A DNA stretch of 64,000 bases, taken from assembly GCA_002922725.1 (NCBI GenBank), contig PNEW01000001.1:10137-74136 (forward strand). Direction: 5' to 3'. The first letter of the stretch is position 1, and each line of letters starts with the position of its first letter. Positions 1 to 10,841 of this stretch are shown here, in pieces. Source of the DNA: Verrucomicrobia bacterium Opi.OSU.00C. GTDB lineage: Bacteria; Verrucomicrobiota; Verrucomicrobiia; Opitutales; PNEW01. Position numbers and translations under genes: made by a program. The notes beneath the pieces are model-generated. The model was not told where the DNA came from. It saw only the letters and a list, made by a program, of their open reading frames with translations, and made no database searches.

Positions 1-417
1 ACCGATATGATGAACAATATAGTTGCATCCTAGATCTTCCAGGTGCTTAGCCGCACCTACCATGTCTTCACAAGCTAAATTATCACCCATTACCTCAATC
101 CCAAAATCCTGGCAGGCCTTAACTACACGTATTACTGTTTCATCATGCGCTTTAGCCATTACTACGACCTGGGTTGCTCCAGCTTTAGCCATCATTTCAG
201 CTTCCAGGTAACCCCCATCCATGGTTTTGAGATCGGCCACAATCGGAGTATCCGGAAAACGTTCACGGAGTGATTTAACTCCATGAAGCCCTTCTGCGAG
301 GATTAACGGTGTTCCCGCTTCGAGCCAATCGACACCAGCCCTCATGGCCATCTCTGAGGTTTCCATAGCCTCTTTTATGTTAGTTAGATCGAGAGAAATT
401 TGAACAATTGTTTTCAT
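1..417 (-). CDS. 3-hexulose-6-phosphate synthase-like protein (OMP-decarboxylase fold). Only the N-terminal part is present; the gene runs off the window start.
   Basis: Not in the ORF track because there is no stop in the window. My minus-strand translation from ATG at 417-415 reads MKTIVQISLDLTNIKEAMETSEMAMRAGVDWLEAGTPLILAEGLHGVKSLRERFPDTPIVADLKTMDGGYLEAEMMAKA. This matches the HPS/KGPDC pattern (IDL, E-GTPLI, ADxKTMDxG..LEA). The listed 23..211(+) ORF is its antisense shadow. Confidence 0.75.
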   Translation of the reverse strand, partial: MKTIVQISLDLTNIKEAMETSEMAMRAGVDWLEAGTPLILAEGLHGVKSLRERFPDTPIVADLKTMDGGYLEAEMMAKAGATQVVVMAKAHDETVIRVVKACQDFGIEVMGDNLACEDMVGAAKHLEDLGCNYIVHHIG

Positions 418-863
418 AATATTTTGTCATATTTACAGTTAAAATTTTGAAATTAAGCGGTAATAGAGATAATTGATCCTTGTTATTGAATAATATATCA
501 TCCAACTTACATTTATCCAGACATTTCAAAAGTTAACAAATGAAAATTTAGCTACGAAATTATGAGAATGATACCATGAATCATAAAGTTATTCCGGCTA
601 TACATTGATAACCACTGATATTTAATTTAATAAGTAATTACTGCAATAGTGTTATCGGTAGAGCATTTTACATGAAGGGTTTACATCATTTAAGTAGATA
701 TTATAATCAATAGAATGTTGAATTTTCTTGCTGTGCAAGAAAGTAATATCACTTTTGGAAAAATAATTTGGGAAAAGATTCACCAGTTGGGTCAACATTG
801 TAGTCGTACCTAAGATGATAAATAAGTATGAAATAGGAAACTGTGGTTTAAAGTTTAAATTGA

Positions 864-2795
864 GTGAATAAAAAAAAAATTAGCCCTTATGGGTCGTGGA
901 AATCACCGGTAACGATGAACATGATTCTCGCAGATAGCGTACGCTTTTATGAATTAAGTCTGGATAATGAATCAATCTACTGGCTTGAGGGAAGACCTCA
1001 GGAAAATGGGCGATGTGTAGTTGTAAAAAGAAGCTTGTGTGGTGAGGTTTCAGATCAATTTCCCACACCTTTTAATGCTCGCAGTCGGGTTCACGAGTAC
1101 GGCGGGGGTGCTTTTCTCGTTTATGATGGCGTAATTTACTTCTCCCATTTTAATGATCAACGAATATACTGTAAAAAGATGTATGCCGAACCTTTTCCTA
1201 TTACTGAGGTGGAAAAATATTTTTATTCTGATTTCAGGTACGACCGAAAACGAGACAGATTGATATGCATACGTGAAGATCATAGGAATACAAAACGTGA
1301 GCCAATTAATACAATTATCAGTATCGACTTAAAAATCCCCTATAAGGTTGAAGTTTTGGCAACAGGGAAGGATTTCTATTCCTCACCACGCATCAGTTTA
1401 GATGGTGAACAACTTACCTGGCTAAGTTGGGACCATCCCAATATGCCATGGGATGGGTGTGAAGTATTTATTGCTAAAATTTTGAATAATGGTTACCTTG
1501 ATGACCCAATCCTAGTTGCCGGTGGTCTTGAAGAGTCAATTTTCCAACCAGAATGGTCACCGGATAATATCCTTCACTTTATATCAGATCGAACGGGATG
1601 GTGGAATATCTATCGATATGAAAATAATAAGGTAGAGCCTCTTTATCCGATGGAAGCTGAATTTGGGCAACCTCAATGGGTATTCGGTATGTCTAAATAC
1701 GGTTTTGAGTCGGAACACTCTATAATATGTACTTATTCTCAAAAAGGTGTTTGGAATATGGCAAGGCTCAATATGGCTAATAAATCACTCGAAAAAATTG
1801 ATACACCCTACACGGCAATTGAAAATGTACATGTCGACGCAGGCAAAGTAGTATTTTTAGGAGGTTCACCAACTGAAGAAAATGCAGTGATAAGCATGGA
1901 TTTAAAAAATAAAGAGATCAAAATTATACGTAAGCCAAACGCTCTCATTATTGATGCTGCTTATCTTTCAGTTCCAGAGACAATTGAGTTTCCAACAGAA
2001 GATAACCTTAAAGCTCATGGATTTTTTTACGCTCCAAAAAACAAAGATTTTACTGGACCATTAGGGGGATTACCGCCACTTATCTCCATTATCCATGGAG
2101 GTCCTACTTCAGCAACAGATTCAGTTTTGGATTATCGAGTTCAGTTTTGGACAAGCCGAGGTTTTGCTGTCTTTGATATTAATTATAGTGGTAGCACCGG
2201 ATACGGTACCGACTATCGTCGAAGGTTAAATGGACGATGGGGTGTAGTCGATCTTAATGACTGTGAAAATGGTGCTCGTTATCTTGCTGACAAAGGTTAT
2301 GTCGATTTCAATAAAATGGCAATACGCGGAGGAAGTGCTGGTGGATATACAGTTCTTAGGGCACTAACCTTCAGCCAGATTTATAAAACAGGCGCTAGTT
2401 ATTATGGAGTCAGTGACCTAGAAGGTTTGGCTAAAGACACACACAAATTTGAATCACGTTATCTGGATAAAATTATAGGTCCTTACTTAGAATCTGCACA
2501 CTTGTATCGTGATCGCTCACCAATTTATCATTTAGATAAATTGGGAAAACCGATAATTTTTTTTCAAGGGTTAGAGGATAAAATTGTTCCTCCTAATCAG
2601 GCTAAGATGATGGTTGAAGCCTTGCGAAAGAAAGGGGTCCCAGTTGCTTACATAGCTTTCGAGGATGAACAACACGGATTTCGACAGGCGAAATATATTA
2701 AAAGGGCGACTGAGGCTGAATTATATTTTTACTCTAAAATATTTGGCTTCGAACCGGCTGATTGCATGGAACCAGTGACTATTGATAATCTGTAA
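864..2795 (+). CDS. S9 family serine peptidase (prolyl oligopeptidase / acylaminoacyl-peptidase-like)
   Basis: 643-aa ORF. Nucleophile elbow GGSAGGYT, with later acid and His contexts (LEDKIVPP, EQHGF). The N-terminal half looks like a propeller. The start is GTG followed by an A10 run, so the true start may be an internal Met. Confidence 0.85.
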   Translation: MNKKKISPYGSWKSPVTMNMILADSVRFYELSLDNESIYWLEGRPQENGRCVVVKRSLCGEVSDQFPTPFNARSRVHEYGGGAFLVYDGVIYFSHFNDQRIYCKKMYAEPFPITEVEKYFYSDFRYDRKRDRLICIREDHRNTKREPINTIISIDLKIPYKVEVLATGKDFYSSPRISLDGEQLTWLSWDHPNMPWDGCEVFIAKILNNGYLDDPILVAGGLEESIFQPEWSPDNILHFISDRTGWWNIYRYENNKVEPLYPMEAEFGQPQWVFGMSKYGFESEHSIICTYSQKGVWNMARLNMANKSLEKIDTPYTAIENVHVDAGKVVFLGGSPTEENAVISMDLKNKEIKIIRKPNALIIDAAYLSVPETIEFPTEDNLKAHGFFYAPKNKDFTGPLGGLPPLISIIHGGPTSATDSVLDYRVQFWTSRGFAVFDINYSGSTGYGTDYRRRLNGRWGVVDLNDCENGARYLADKGYVDFNKMAIRGGSAGGYTVLRALTFSQIYKTGASYYGVSDLEGLAKDTHKFESRYLDKIIGPYLESAHLYRDRSPIYHLDKLGKPIIFFQGLEDKIVPPNQAKMMVEALRKKGVPVAYIAFEDEQHGFRQAKYIKRATEAELYFYSKIFGFEPADCMEPVTIDNL

Positions 2796-3153
2796 GGGAT
2801 ACGTAGCCAAAGAGGTAAAATTCTATTTTAAACCTCTGACTACTCAACTGTATATTCTTTAATTATGATTTGGTTTACATTACTGTAAGCCTTTGATAAG
2901 GCGACTGATTGATACATTGGTCAGAACAAGATTACCTTTAGTAGTTACGAACAGAAGTTAGGTACAGTTATGTTATAATAAAATATTATTCCGGCTAAAA
3001 TTTGACAGATATATAGATATTGAATAAAAATATGGATTGAGTATAACGGTGAAAAGGTTACCGAGTCTAATATAAAGGGCATATGCTTAATTTTGTAAAT
3101 GAAGAGGGTCAATAGATTAACACTGTTGTTGACAGAGTTGATCAAAAAATAGA

Positions 3154-6100
3154 ATGAAAATTATATTACTTGTTTCCTTATTGATGGGATCATTCCCATT
3201 CTTTGTCTTCGGACAAAAAGAGAACAGTATCATCCTATCGTGTGAAAATCAGGTTAATTTTTCCGTCAAGCAAGGCCCTTGGATAAGGGCGCAAGTGGGG
3301 CAAAAGCTCAACTATGGGGATAGAGTGCGTACCGGTGAATTTAGCCGAGCAACAATCCATTTACCCAATGAGAGTATTATGCGGATAAATGAACTTACAA
3401 CGATCATTTTAAAACCACCGAAGAAGACATCAACAAGACCAGGTATAGACTTAAAAAAAGGAGCCCTTTATTTTTTCAGTCGTAATCAACCTGAAGAATA
3501 TGAATTTGGAACCCCAACCGCCACCGGTGCAATTAAAGGGACTGAATTTGAACTTCATTTGGATTCAGAAGAAAATACTGTGATGACCATCTTCGATGGT
3601 GAAGTTGATTTGGCTAACCCACAAGGATCCATCGTTCTTGTAAGTGGGGAGCAAGGAATAGCAAAACCAGGATCCAAACCAATAAAAACAGCTGTAATTA
3701 ATGCTATTAATATCATTCAGTGGTGTCTTTATTACCCTGCAGTTATAGACGTCGATGAAATTTCATTCTCGCAAAATGAAATTAATACATTCGGTCCTTC
3801 TTTAGAATCCTATCGTAAAGGTAATATATTAGAAGCACTGTCTCGTTATATTATAACAGGTGTTAAACCTGAAAATGAAGCCAATTATATTTATACAGCT
3901 GGACTTTATCTCGCGACTGGGCAAGTTAATAAAGCGGAAGAACTTATAGCCCAAGTAAGAAGTGATCACTCGCTTGCTTTGGCCCTCAAAGAATTAATCA
4001 CAGCGGTTAAAGACCCGTTATTATATACTTATACCGATCCTCAATCGAGCTCCCATTGGCTGGCACGATCCTATCTTTTTCAGGCCAAAGGTGATCTAAA
4101 TCTTGCTTTGAACGCTGCACGAAATGCTGTTAAGCGTTCACCTGAATTTGGTTATGGATGGGGGAGGGTAGCAGAGCTAGAATTCAGCTTCGGCCGATCA
4201 ATTAATGTTAAAGAGTCTGTAGCCTTGGCACTAAGATTTTCACCGGAGAACGCACAACTCCTCGCCTTACAAGGATTCATTTTAGCAGGAGATAATCAAC
4301 TTGTTGAAGCGCAAAACAAATTTGAACAATCTATATACATTGATAGTTCATTGGCTAATGCTTGGTTGGGGAGAGGACTCACTCAGATTCGTGGCAATGA
4401 TATAGATAAAGGGGTACAGGATCTAAAGGTAGCATCGGTAATCGAGCCGAACAGGTCGTTATTAAGAAGTTATCTGGCCAAAGCATTTTCAGATACCAAG
4501 AAATTTTCTTTTGCAAAAAATGAATTAATATTGGCCGAAACGCTTGATCCCAATGATCCGACACCCTGGTTTTTTTCCGCTCTTTTGAATCAAAAAATAA
4601 ATCGTTACAATGTTGCCATTACTGATTTGGAAAGATCTAAGATTCTCAATGAAAATCGAAGACTCTATCGATCTAAATTTCTTCTCGATCAGGATCGAGC
4701 TGTTCGCAATGCTAACCTCGCCGCGATATATAATAATTTAGGGATGAGAGAAATAAGTATTCGCGAGGCCCACCGCGCTGTGCAGAATGATTATGCTAAT
4801 TACTCAGCCCACCTTTTTCTTGCAAACAGTTATGATGCCCTGCGTGATCCTCGAAGATTTCAACTCCGATTCGAAACACCTTGGGCCAATGAATTATTGT
4901 TAGCCAATCTTCTATCTCCAGCCAGTGCAGGAACACTCTCTCAGTATGTGTCTCAGCAGGAATATACACCCCTTTTTGAAAGTCAGCGTTTAGGTTTAAA
5001 CGTGCATAGTATATACCAAAGTCATGGAGAATTTCAGCAGCTTATTACTCAATATGGACTCTTTGGGGATACTAGTTACTCAATAGATTTTGACTATCAT
5101 ACGTTTGACGGATATCGCCTGAATAGTGGATTCAATCGCATGGATATCTTTGCTCAACTCAAGCATCAATTGACAGAAAAAGACACCGTTTTTTTTCAGT
5201 TGAAATTTCAAGATTTTGATGGTGGCGATGTTTCACAGATCCAGGATAATTCCCAACTTAGAGAAAATTTTTATTTCAAGGAAAAGCAAATTCCACTTCT
5301 CTTTGCTGGTTATCATCACCAATGGTCTCCAGGAATTGACACTTTGTTTCTTTTTGGTCGACTTACAGATGACTTAGTCAATCAAGATATCCAAGTTCCG
5401 CAACTTATACTCAGCACTAATGAAGAAGGAGAAAGAGTTGTTTTCCCTTCAGCTGATATGGATTTATTTTATCGCAACGAGTTAGAGATATATTCAGCCG
5501 AAATAACCCAGATATCCCAACTTGACAAAATGACTTTTATAGCTGGACTGCGGTACCAGGATGGGGATTTCGAAGTCCAAAATCGCCTGACCGAAGTTGC
5601 TCCCACTCAAAAAACTTTCTTTGATGATCCGCCAGCTGATTTTAAATTTAAGGAAGGTTTCAATCGGGTAAATTTATATTTATACTTACTTTGGGAGGTG
5701 TTAAAGGACTTGACTGTAACGACGGGAGTTTCCTATGACAGATTAGATTACCCTTTAAATTTTTTAACCTCGCCTATTAGCAGTGGACAATTGGATGACG
5801 AGCAGGTTTCACCCAAGGTTGGGATAAATTGGGATATAAATAATCAGATAAGTATACGCGGTTCTTATAACCAATCTATCGGAGGAGTTAGTTTTGATCA
5901 AAGTGTACGTCTCGAACCCAGCCAGATATCCGGTTTTACCCAAGGGTTTCGCTCTCTTATTTCAGAATCTACAGTGGGTTCGGTCCCTGCTTCCAAATTT
6001 GAAGTTGCGGGGTTAGGATTCACACTGAATATTGATGCACAAACTTACCTCGACTTTCACGCCACTGTTCGTAAAGCTGATGTTGAGCGTTTTGATGGTG

Positions 6101-6594
6101 TTTTCAATGATACGGGTAATACTTTCTTCAGACCAGGATTAATCCGTGAAACCCTTAACTACGAAGAAGATAATTTTACCATTGCGTTAAACCATCTTTT
6201 AGGGGAAATGTGGTCGCTGGGTCTGCGTTATGAATATATACGATCTGATCTCGACCAGAATTTTGATACTATTCCAAACGCAAATTTTAGTTTCCGTTCT
6301 ATTTTACATCAGCTAAACCTTTTCGCTATCATAAATCATCCTTCAGGCTGGCACGTGAAAACAGAGGGCAGGTGGGTGAATCAAAGCAACTATGGTTTTT
6401 TACCTGATTTTGGGGGGGATGGATTTTTTCAGATTGATGCCTTTATGGGTTATAGAGCCCCCGGGCAACAATGGCAATTAACCGCTGGAGTCATGAATAT
6501 AACAGATGAAACCTATCAACTTAATCCTTTAAATCCATTTATGGAATTTCCACGTGAAATGGCTTTCTGGTTTAAGTTCGATTTGAACCTATAG
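3154..6594 (+). CDS. Secreted FecR-domain / TPR-repeat protein with a predicted C-terminal outer-membrane beta-barrel
   Basis: 1146 aa. Signal peptide MKIILLVSLLMGSFPFFVFGQ. FecR-like segment (GDRVRTGEFSRATIHL...GAIKGTEFEL...FDGEV). Long TPR-like helical repeats (about residues 230-600). The C-terminal roughly 550 aa are rich in alternating hydrophobic strands and end in FWFKFDLNL. Confidence 0.7.
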   Translation: MKIILLVSLLMGSFPFFVFGQKENSIILSCENQVNFSVKQGPWIRAQVGQKLNYGDRVRTGEFSRATIHLPNESIMRINELTTIILKPPKKTSTRPGIDLKKGALYFFSRNQPEEYEFGTPTATGAIKGTEFELHLDSEENTVMTIFDGEVDLANPQGSIVLVSGEQGIAKPGSKPIKTAVINAINIIQWCLYYPAVIDVDEISFSQNEINTFGPSLESYRKGNILEALSRYIITGVKPENEANYIYTAGLYLATGQVNKAEELIAQVRSDHSLALALKELITAVKDPLLYTYTDPQSSSHWLARSYLFQAKGDLNLALNAARNAVKRSPEFGYGWGRVAELEFSFGRSINVKESVALALRFSPENAQLLALQGFILAGDNQLVEAQNKFEQSIYIDSSLANAWLGRGLTQIRGNDIDKGVQDLKVASVIEPNRSLLRSYLAKAFSDTKKFSFAKNELILAETLDPNDPTPWFFSALLNQKINRYNVAITDLERSKILNENRRLYRSKFLLDQDRAVRNANLAAIYNNLGMREISIREAHRAVQNDYANYSAHLFLANSYDALRDPRRFQLRFETPWANELLLANLLSPASAGTLSQYVSQQEYTPLFESQRLGLNVHSIYQSHGEFQQLITQYGLFGDTSYSIDFDYHTFDGYRLNSGFNRMDIFAQLKHQLTEKDTVFFQLKFQDFDGGDVSQIQDNSQLRENFYFKEKQIPLLFAGYHHQWSPGIDTLFLFGRLTDDLVNQDIQVPQLILSTNEEGERVVFPSADMDLFYRNELEIYSAEITQISQLDKMTFIAGLRYQDGDFEVQNRLTEVAPTQKTFFDDPPADFKFKEGFNRVNLYLYLLWEVLKDLTVTTGVSYDRLDYPLNFLTSPISSGQLDDEQVSPKVGINWDINNQISIRGSYNQSIGGVSFDQSVRLEPSQISGFTQGFRSLISESTVGSVPASKFEVAGLGFTLNIDAQTYLDFHATVRKADVERFDGVFNDTGNTFFRPGLIRETLNYEEDNFTIALNHLLGEMWSLGLRYEYIRSDLDQNFDTIPNANFSFRSILHQLNLFAIINHPSGWHVKTEGRWVNQSNYGFLPDFGGDGFFQIDAFMGYRAPGQQWQLTAGVMNITDETYQLNPLNPFMEFPREMAFWFKFDLNL

Positions 6595-6611
6595 AATATT
6601 CCAAAAAGGAG

Positions 6612-8597
6612 ATGAATATTTTTAAAAAACGTTGGACTAAATATGTTTGGGATTCTGTTTTGATTATAGGCATTGGATTACTATTTATCCATCTCCCTCT
6701 GGGAAATAAATTAAGATATTTAAGCTATGATTTTTTATATCTCTTTCATAACCCAGTTCCACCCAAGAATGTAATCATTATATACATGGATGAAGAATCA
6801 CATCATGTACTCGATCAACCTTATGACAAAACCTGGAATCGCAGGTTACATGCAGAGTTACTTAACAAAATTACTGATCAAGGTGCACGTCTTGTAATTT
6901 ACGATATTATATTTGAGATGAGTAGTTCTAATTTAGAGAGCGATGTAAAACTTGCCGAAGCGTTTAAACGACATGGTTCTGTTATACTTGGAGGAAGTTT
7001 AATACAGAAAAGAGGATCTTTGTCTGAACAGCAAATAGTCATACCACCCGAAGCAAATTTCAGGCACTCAATTCGTGATTGGGGTATTCTACAAATGCAT
7101 GCAAGTAATCCACGATTAATATTAACTGGGACTCCTGAATTAGAATCAGCTATTTGGAAAGCAGCATCAATTGTCAATCCAGGTCTTAAAGAATATACTG
7201 ATAATCGGTTGATTGAAAGATGGATAAATTATTTAGGTCCACCCGATACTTTTCCTTATATCAGTTTCCATAAAGTCTATTTAGATGAGGTTGAAAATAA
7301 AAATATTTTTAAAAACAAAATTGTTTTTATTGGCTCAAGGTATATTACAGGCTTTACTGGTAGTGGTAAGGATACTTTTCTCACTCCTTATTCTCTTAAT
7401 GGATACCCTCCTGCCAATGGAGTAGAGATACATGCAAATAGCTTGGTCAATCTTATTGAAGAAAATTGGTTTAATCATCTTGGACGTGAATGGGAATCTG
7501 TTATTGTTGCAACTTATGGGATCCTAGTCAGCTTAATTTTAGTATTATTAACTCCAAGGATTGGGATTCTTGTCGCGATAACTTTAGGGCTTAGCGTATC
7601 TATATCATCCATTTTATTGAGTTGGGAAACACTTACTTTTTATAGCTGGATAGTTCCAGCGGGTATCCAGACAACAAGTGCTTACATATGGGTAATAGGG
7701 ACAAAATACTATCAAGAAATAAGAAGAAAGATAAGACTTAAAAAAGCCTTTTCCGCTTATCTTTCACCAGTTATGGCCCAACAGGTAGCAGAGAGTGATA
7801 TCAGTTTTTCTTTGGGTGGTGAGCTTAAAGAAGTTACGTTACTATTTACCGATCTTGAAGGATTTACTAAGCTTTCAGATGGTTCAAATCCAGATGAAAT
7901 CTCAAAAATACTGAACACGTATTTCAACCTGACAAGTCATCATGTTCTTCAGGAGCATGGTACAATCCTAAAATATATTGGAGATTCGGTTTTTGCAGTG
8001 TGGGGTGCTCCTCTCGAAGATTTTCAGCAGGCAAATAATGCAGTGAAGGCCGCATTAGGTATGATCGAATCTACTAAAGGTAGAAGATTCTATGGACATT
8101 TATTGCGTACACGAATTGGAATAAGCAGTGGTACTTGCCTAGCTGGGAACCTGGGATCAGATACACGATTTGATTACACAGTCATCGGAAGTGAGGTAAA
8201 TTTGGCATCACGCTTAGAGGGCCTAAATAAATATACAGGGACCGATATTGTGGTGTCCGAGAGTACGGCTAAACAACTAGCAGATGCATATATAATGAGA
8301 TTGATGGGGAGCTTTCTTTTAGTTGGAAAGGAAAAGGCAGTATTAGTTTATGAAATACTAGGAGAAAGTGAAGGGGAAGAGGTGGAGCCAGATTGGCAGA
8401 AATTTTATGCAGAGGGACTCTCTTTATTTTCACAGAGAGAATTTGTTAAAGCTAAAGTTTATTTTGAAAGAACAATTAAGGCTCGACTTAGAGGGGACGG
8501 GCCTTCCGAGTTTCTACTTACACAAATTAATATGTTTTCTAAAAATAAAAGTTTACCTGAGAATTGGAAGGGTGAAATAGTTCTCACAGACAAATAA
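6612..8597 (+). CDS. CHASE2 sensor-containing class III adenylate/guanylate cyclase
   Basis: 661 aa. N-terminal TM segment, a roughly 270-aa extracytoplasmic region, then 3 TM segments. Cyclase core motifs are LLFTDLEGFTKLS, LKYIGDSVFAVWGAP and VIGSEVNLASRLEG. There is a TPR-like C-terminal tail. It starts 17 bp after the FecR-TPR gene. Confidence 0.85.
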   Translation: MNIFKKRWTKYVWDSVLIIGIGLLFIHLPLGNKLRYLSYDFLYLFHNPVPPKNVIIIYMDEESHHVLDQPYDKTWNRRLHAELLNKITDQGARLVIYDIIFEMSSSNLESDVKLAEAFKRHGSVILGGSLIQKRGSLSEQQIVIPPEANFRHSIRDWGILQMHASNPRLILTGTPELESAIWKAASIVNPGLKEYTDNRLIERWINYLGPPDTFPYISFHKVYLDEVENKNIFKNKIVFIGSRYITGFTGSGKDTFLTPYSLNGYPPANGVEIHANSLVNLIEENWFNHLGREWESVIVATYGILVSLILVLLTPRIGILVAITLGLSVSISSILLSWETLTFYSWIVPAGIQTTSAYIWVIGTKYYQEIRRKIRLKKAFSAYLSPVMAQQVAESDISFSLGGELKEVTLLFTDLEGFTKLSDGSNPDEISKILNTYFNLTSHHVLQEHGTILKYIGDSVFAVWGAPLEDFQQANNAVKAALGMIESTKGRRFYGHLLRTRIGISSGTCLAGNLGSDTRFDYTVIGSEVNLASRLEGLNKYTGTDIVVSESTAKQLADAYIMRLMGSFLLVGKEKAVLVYEILGESEGEEVEPDWQKFYAEGLSLFSQREFVKAKVYFERTIKARLRGDGPSEFLLTQINMFSKNKSLPENWKGEIVLTDK

Positions 8598-8654
8598 GGT
8601 ATTGAAACTAGAGTTCTTAAATATTAATGAACTAAATGGTGAAAGGAGGAATAA

Positions 8655-9428
8655 ATGAGGCGGAGTCTGATACTTGAAAAGTTAAAACGCGGAGAATATG
8701 TGGTTATCACCCAGTCTTGGATTATCCCTCACTGGAAAATGGTAGATATCATGGGAACAGTTGGTTTTGATGGTATTTGGATCGAAAATGAGCACAGTGA
8801 CTTTAATTATGGTGAAATTTCTCAGATGATACTGGCTGCCAGGGCCCATGATATTGATTCCATTGTGCGTGTTGAGCGGTGTGGCTATACGGGAATTATT
8901 AAACCATTAGAAGCAGGGGCAACCGGATTAATTATTCCCCAAGTTGTGGATAAGGAGGATGCTCAATCGATTGTCCGCGATGCCAAGTATAGCCCGTTAG
9001 GTCTAAGAGGAGCAGGTGGGAGCACAGATTCAGTTTACGGTACTCAAGCGAGAGAGGAATATATTGAGCAATCAATTCGCGAAACCTTTATTGCCGCTCT
9101 TATTGAAAATAAAGAAGCGGTCGAAAATATTGATGCGATTGCTGCGACCGAGGGTATCGATATGCTTTTATTGGGTCCTGGTGACCTTTCACAAAGCTAT
9201 GGCGTCTTCGGTCAATCGGATCATGAATTAATTATAAAGGCAACGGATGCGATAGCAGATGCATGTCATAAATACGGTAAATGGTGGGGTGCTCCTGTAT
9301 CTGATCGTAAACAGGCGGAAGTTATTATCAAACGTGGTGCGAGAATAATTCAAACAGTTAATGACCAGGAGGTCATTGTCTCAGGGTTTAGAAAATTAAA
9401 AGATACTTTTCAAGGTATTAAGATTTAA
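8655..9428 (+). CDS. HpcH/HpaI family aldolase (2-keto-3-deoxy-acid aldolase-like)
   Basis: 257 aa. Typical family layout (IENEHSDFNYGEI, VRVERCGYTGIIKPLEAGATGLIIPQV, LLLGPGDLS). GGAGG Shine-Dalgarno sequence upstream. Confidence 0.8.
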   Translation: MRRSLILEKLKRGEYVVITQSWIIPHWKMVDIMGTVGFDGIWIENEHSDFNYGEISQMILAARAHDIDSIVRVERCGYTGIIKPLEAGATGLIIPQVVDKEDAQSIVRDAKYSPLGLRGAGGSTDSVYGTQAREEYIEQSIRETFIAALIENKEAVENIDAIAATEGIDMLLLGPGDLSQSYGVFGQSDHELIIKATDAIADACHKYGKWWGAPVSDRKQAEVIIKRGARIIQTVNDQEVIVSGFRKLKDTFQGIKI

Positions 9429-9497
9429 GTTACACAAACAGATGAATCATTGAAGGTAGATTGCTATTAGTAATATTTTCCCCTTGAAAACACAGAA

Positions 9498-10742
9498 GTG
9501 CTTACATCGAAAACCAAACTTAAAGATCTGGAAGACTATAAGGCATTTAGTGAATGGCGATTGAATGATCCTTACCCCTTGATGCATCGCTTGCGCACCG
9601 AAGATCCTATTCATTGGAATGAGCATATCGGTGGTTGGATGGTTACGAGTTACGATGACGTTGTTAATGCTTATCGCGACCCGCGACTGATTTCTGACAG
9701 AGCATCAATAAATATGAAATCTCTTCCTGAACCTTTACAAAATAAATATCAAACTTTGGGTGAACATGTGTCGAATTGGCTTGGGTTTACTGATGCACCT
9801 AAGCACACACGGCTTCGCAAAATAGTTGGCAAGGCATTTACTCCTACAGTTACTTTGAATTTACAGCCACGTATTCAGGAAATAACAAATAGCTTACTTG
9901 ATAAGGCCGATGAAAATGGAAAGCTGGATTTGGTTGACGACTATGCTTTTCGATTACCAGCAACCGTGATCTGCGGGTTGTTGGGGATCCCCGCCGATTA
10001 TCAGGATAGATTTCGTAAATACACCGAATATTTAGCCACTTTTGTTGGTAGCATGGGGCCTGAAATGATTAAAATAGCTGATCAAGCTAACGAAAGTTAT
10101 AATCATCTCGCCAATTATTTCCGTGAGCTTGCGGCTGAACGACGGCGCGATCCCAAGAATGACTTAATAAGTGTTCTGGCCAGGGTTGACGAAGACGGAG
10201 ATACGCTCGATGAAAGAGAGTTATTAGGGATGGCTGTCTTTCTCTTCGTAGCGGGACATGAGACAACGGTTTGTCTGCTCGCTAGTGGATTTCTCCTGCT
10301 ATTTCAAAATCCCAAGGAATTCGAAAAATTAAAACGTGACCCATCACTGATTGAAACTGCCGTGGAGGAGATTCTCAGGTATGAACCACCGATATTGTTG
10401 AATACGCGATTAGCGTCGGAAGATATTAATCTCCACGGCAAGCTCATTAAAAAAGGTCAAGCGGTGCTTCTGATGATGAGCGGCGCCAACCGGGACCCCG
10501 ATCAATTTCCGGATCCGGATCAGTTCGACATTTCAAGAGAGGATAATCAACACCTGGCCTTCGGGTATGGACACCACGTCTGTATCGGAGCACCCCTCGC
10601 GCGGCTTGAGGCAAAAATTGCGATCAACTCAGCTATTAAGCGATTTCCAGACTTGCGGTTAGAGAATGAAAACTTTCAGAGTCAATGGCGCCGAAATTTG
10701 TCATTGCGCATGCTTTTAACATTGCCAGCGGTTTTAAATTGA
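9498..10742 (+). CDS. Cytochrome P450
   Basis: 414 aa with a GTG start. I-helix FVAGHETTV, ExxR (EILRYEPP) and heme-Cys loop FGYGHHVCIGAPLA. Confidence 0.92.
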   Translation: MLTSKTKLKDLEDYKAFSEWRLNDPYPLMHRLRTEDPIHWNEHIGGWMVTSYDDVVNAYRDPRLISDRASINMKSLPEPLQNKYQTLGEHVSNWLGFTDAPKHTRLRKIVGKAFTPTVTLNLQPRIQEITNSLLDKADENGKLDLVDDYAFRLPATVICGLLGIPADYQDRFRKYTEYLATFVGSMGPEMIKIADQANESYNHLANYFRELAAERRRDPKNDLISVLARVDEDGDTLDERELLGMAVFLFVAGHETTVCLLASGFLLLFQNPKEFEKLKRDPSLIETAVEEILRYEPPILLNTRLASEDINLHGKLIKKGQAVLLMMSGANRDPDQFPDPDQFDISREDNQHLAFGYGHHVCIGAPLARLEAKIAINSAIKRFPDLRLENENFQSQWRRNLSLRMLLTLPAVLN

Positions 10743-10841
10743 ATCTCGGTTCTAATAATATAATGAATTTACTTAACAAAGAGATTTAAATAACCTCTGG
10801 ATAGGGTGTATTAATAAAAGAGAAATCAGAGTTATAAGATA

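Noticed and set aside
23-211. 62-aa plus-strand ORF at the window start
   Set aside because: It is antisense to a much better minus-strand reading frame (1..417) with clear hexulose-phosphate-synthase-like sequence. The translation is low in complexity (Ala/Ser/Thr-rich), typical of a shadow ORF.
724-742. 8-bp hairpin TTTCTTGC-TGT-GCAAGAAA in the 418-863 intergenic region, considered as a terminator
   Set aside because: No U-tract follows on either strand, and both flanking genes diverge from this region, so there is nothing to terminate. It could be an operator, but the evidence is too thin to call.
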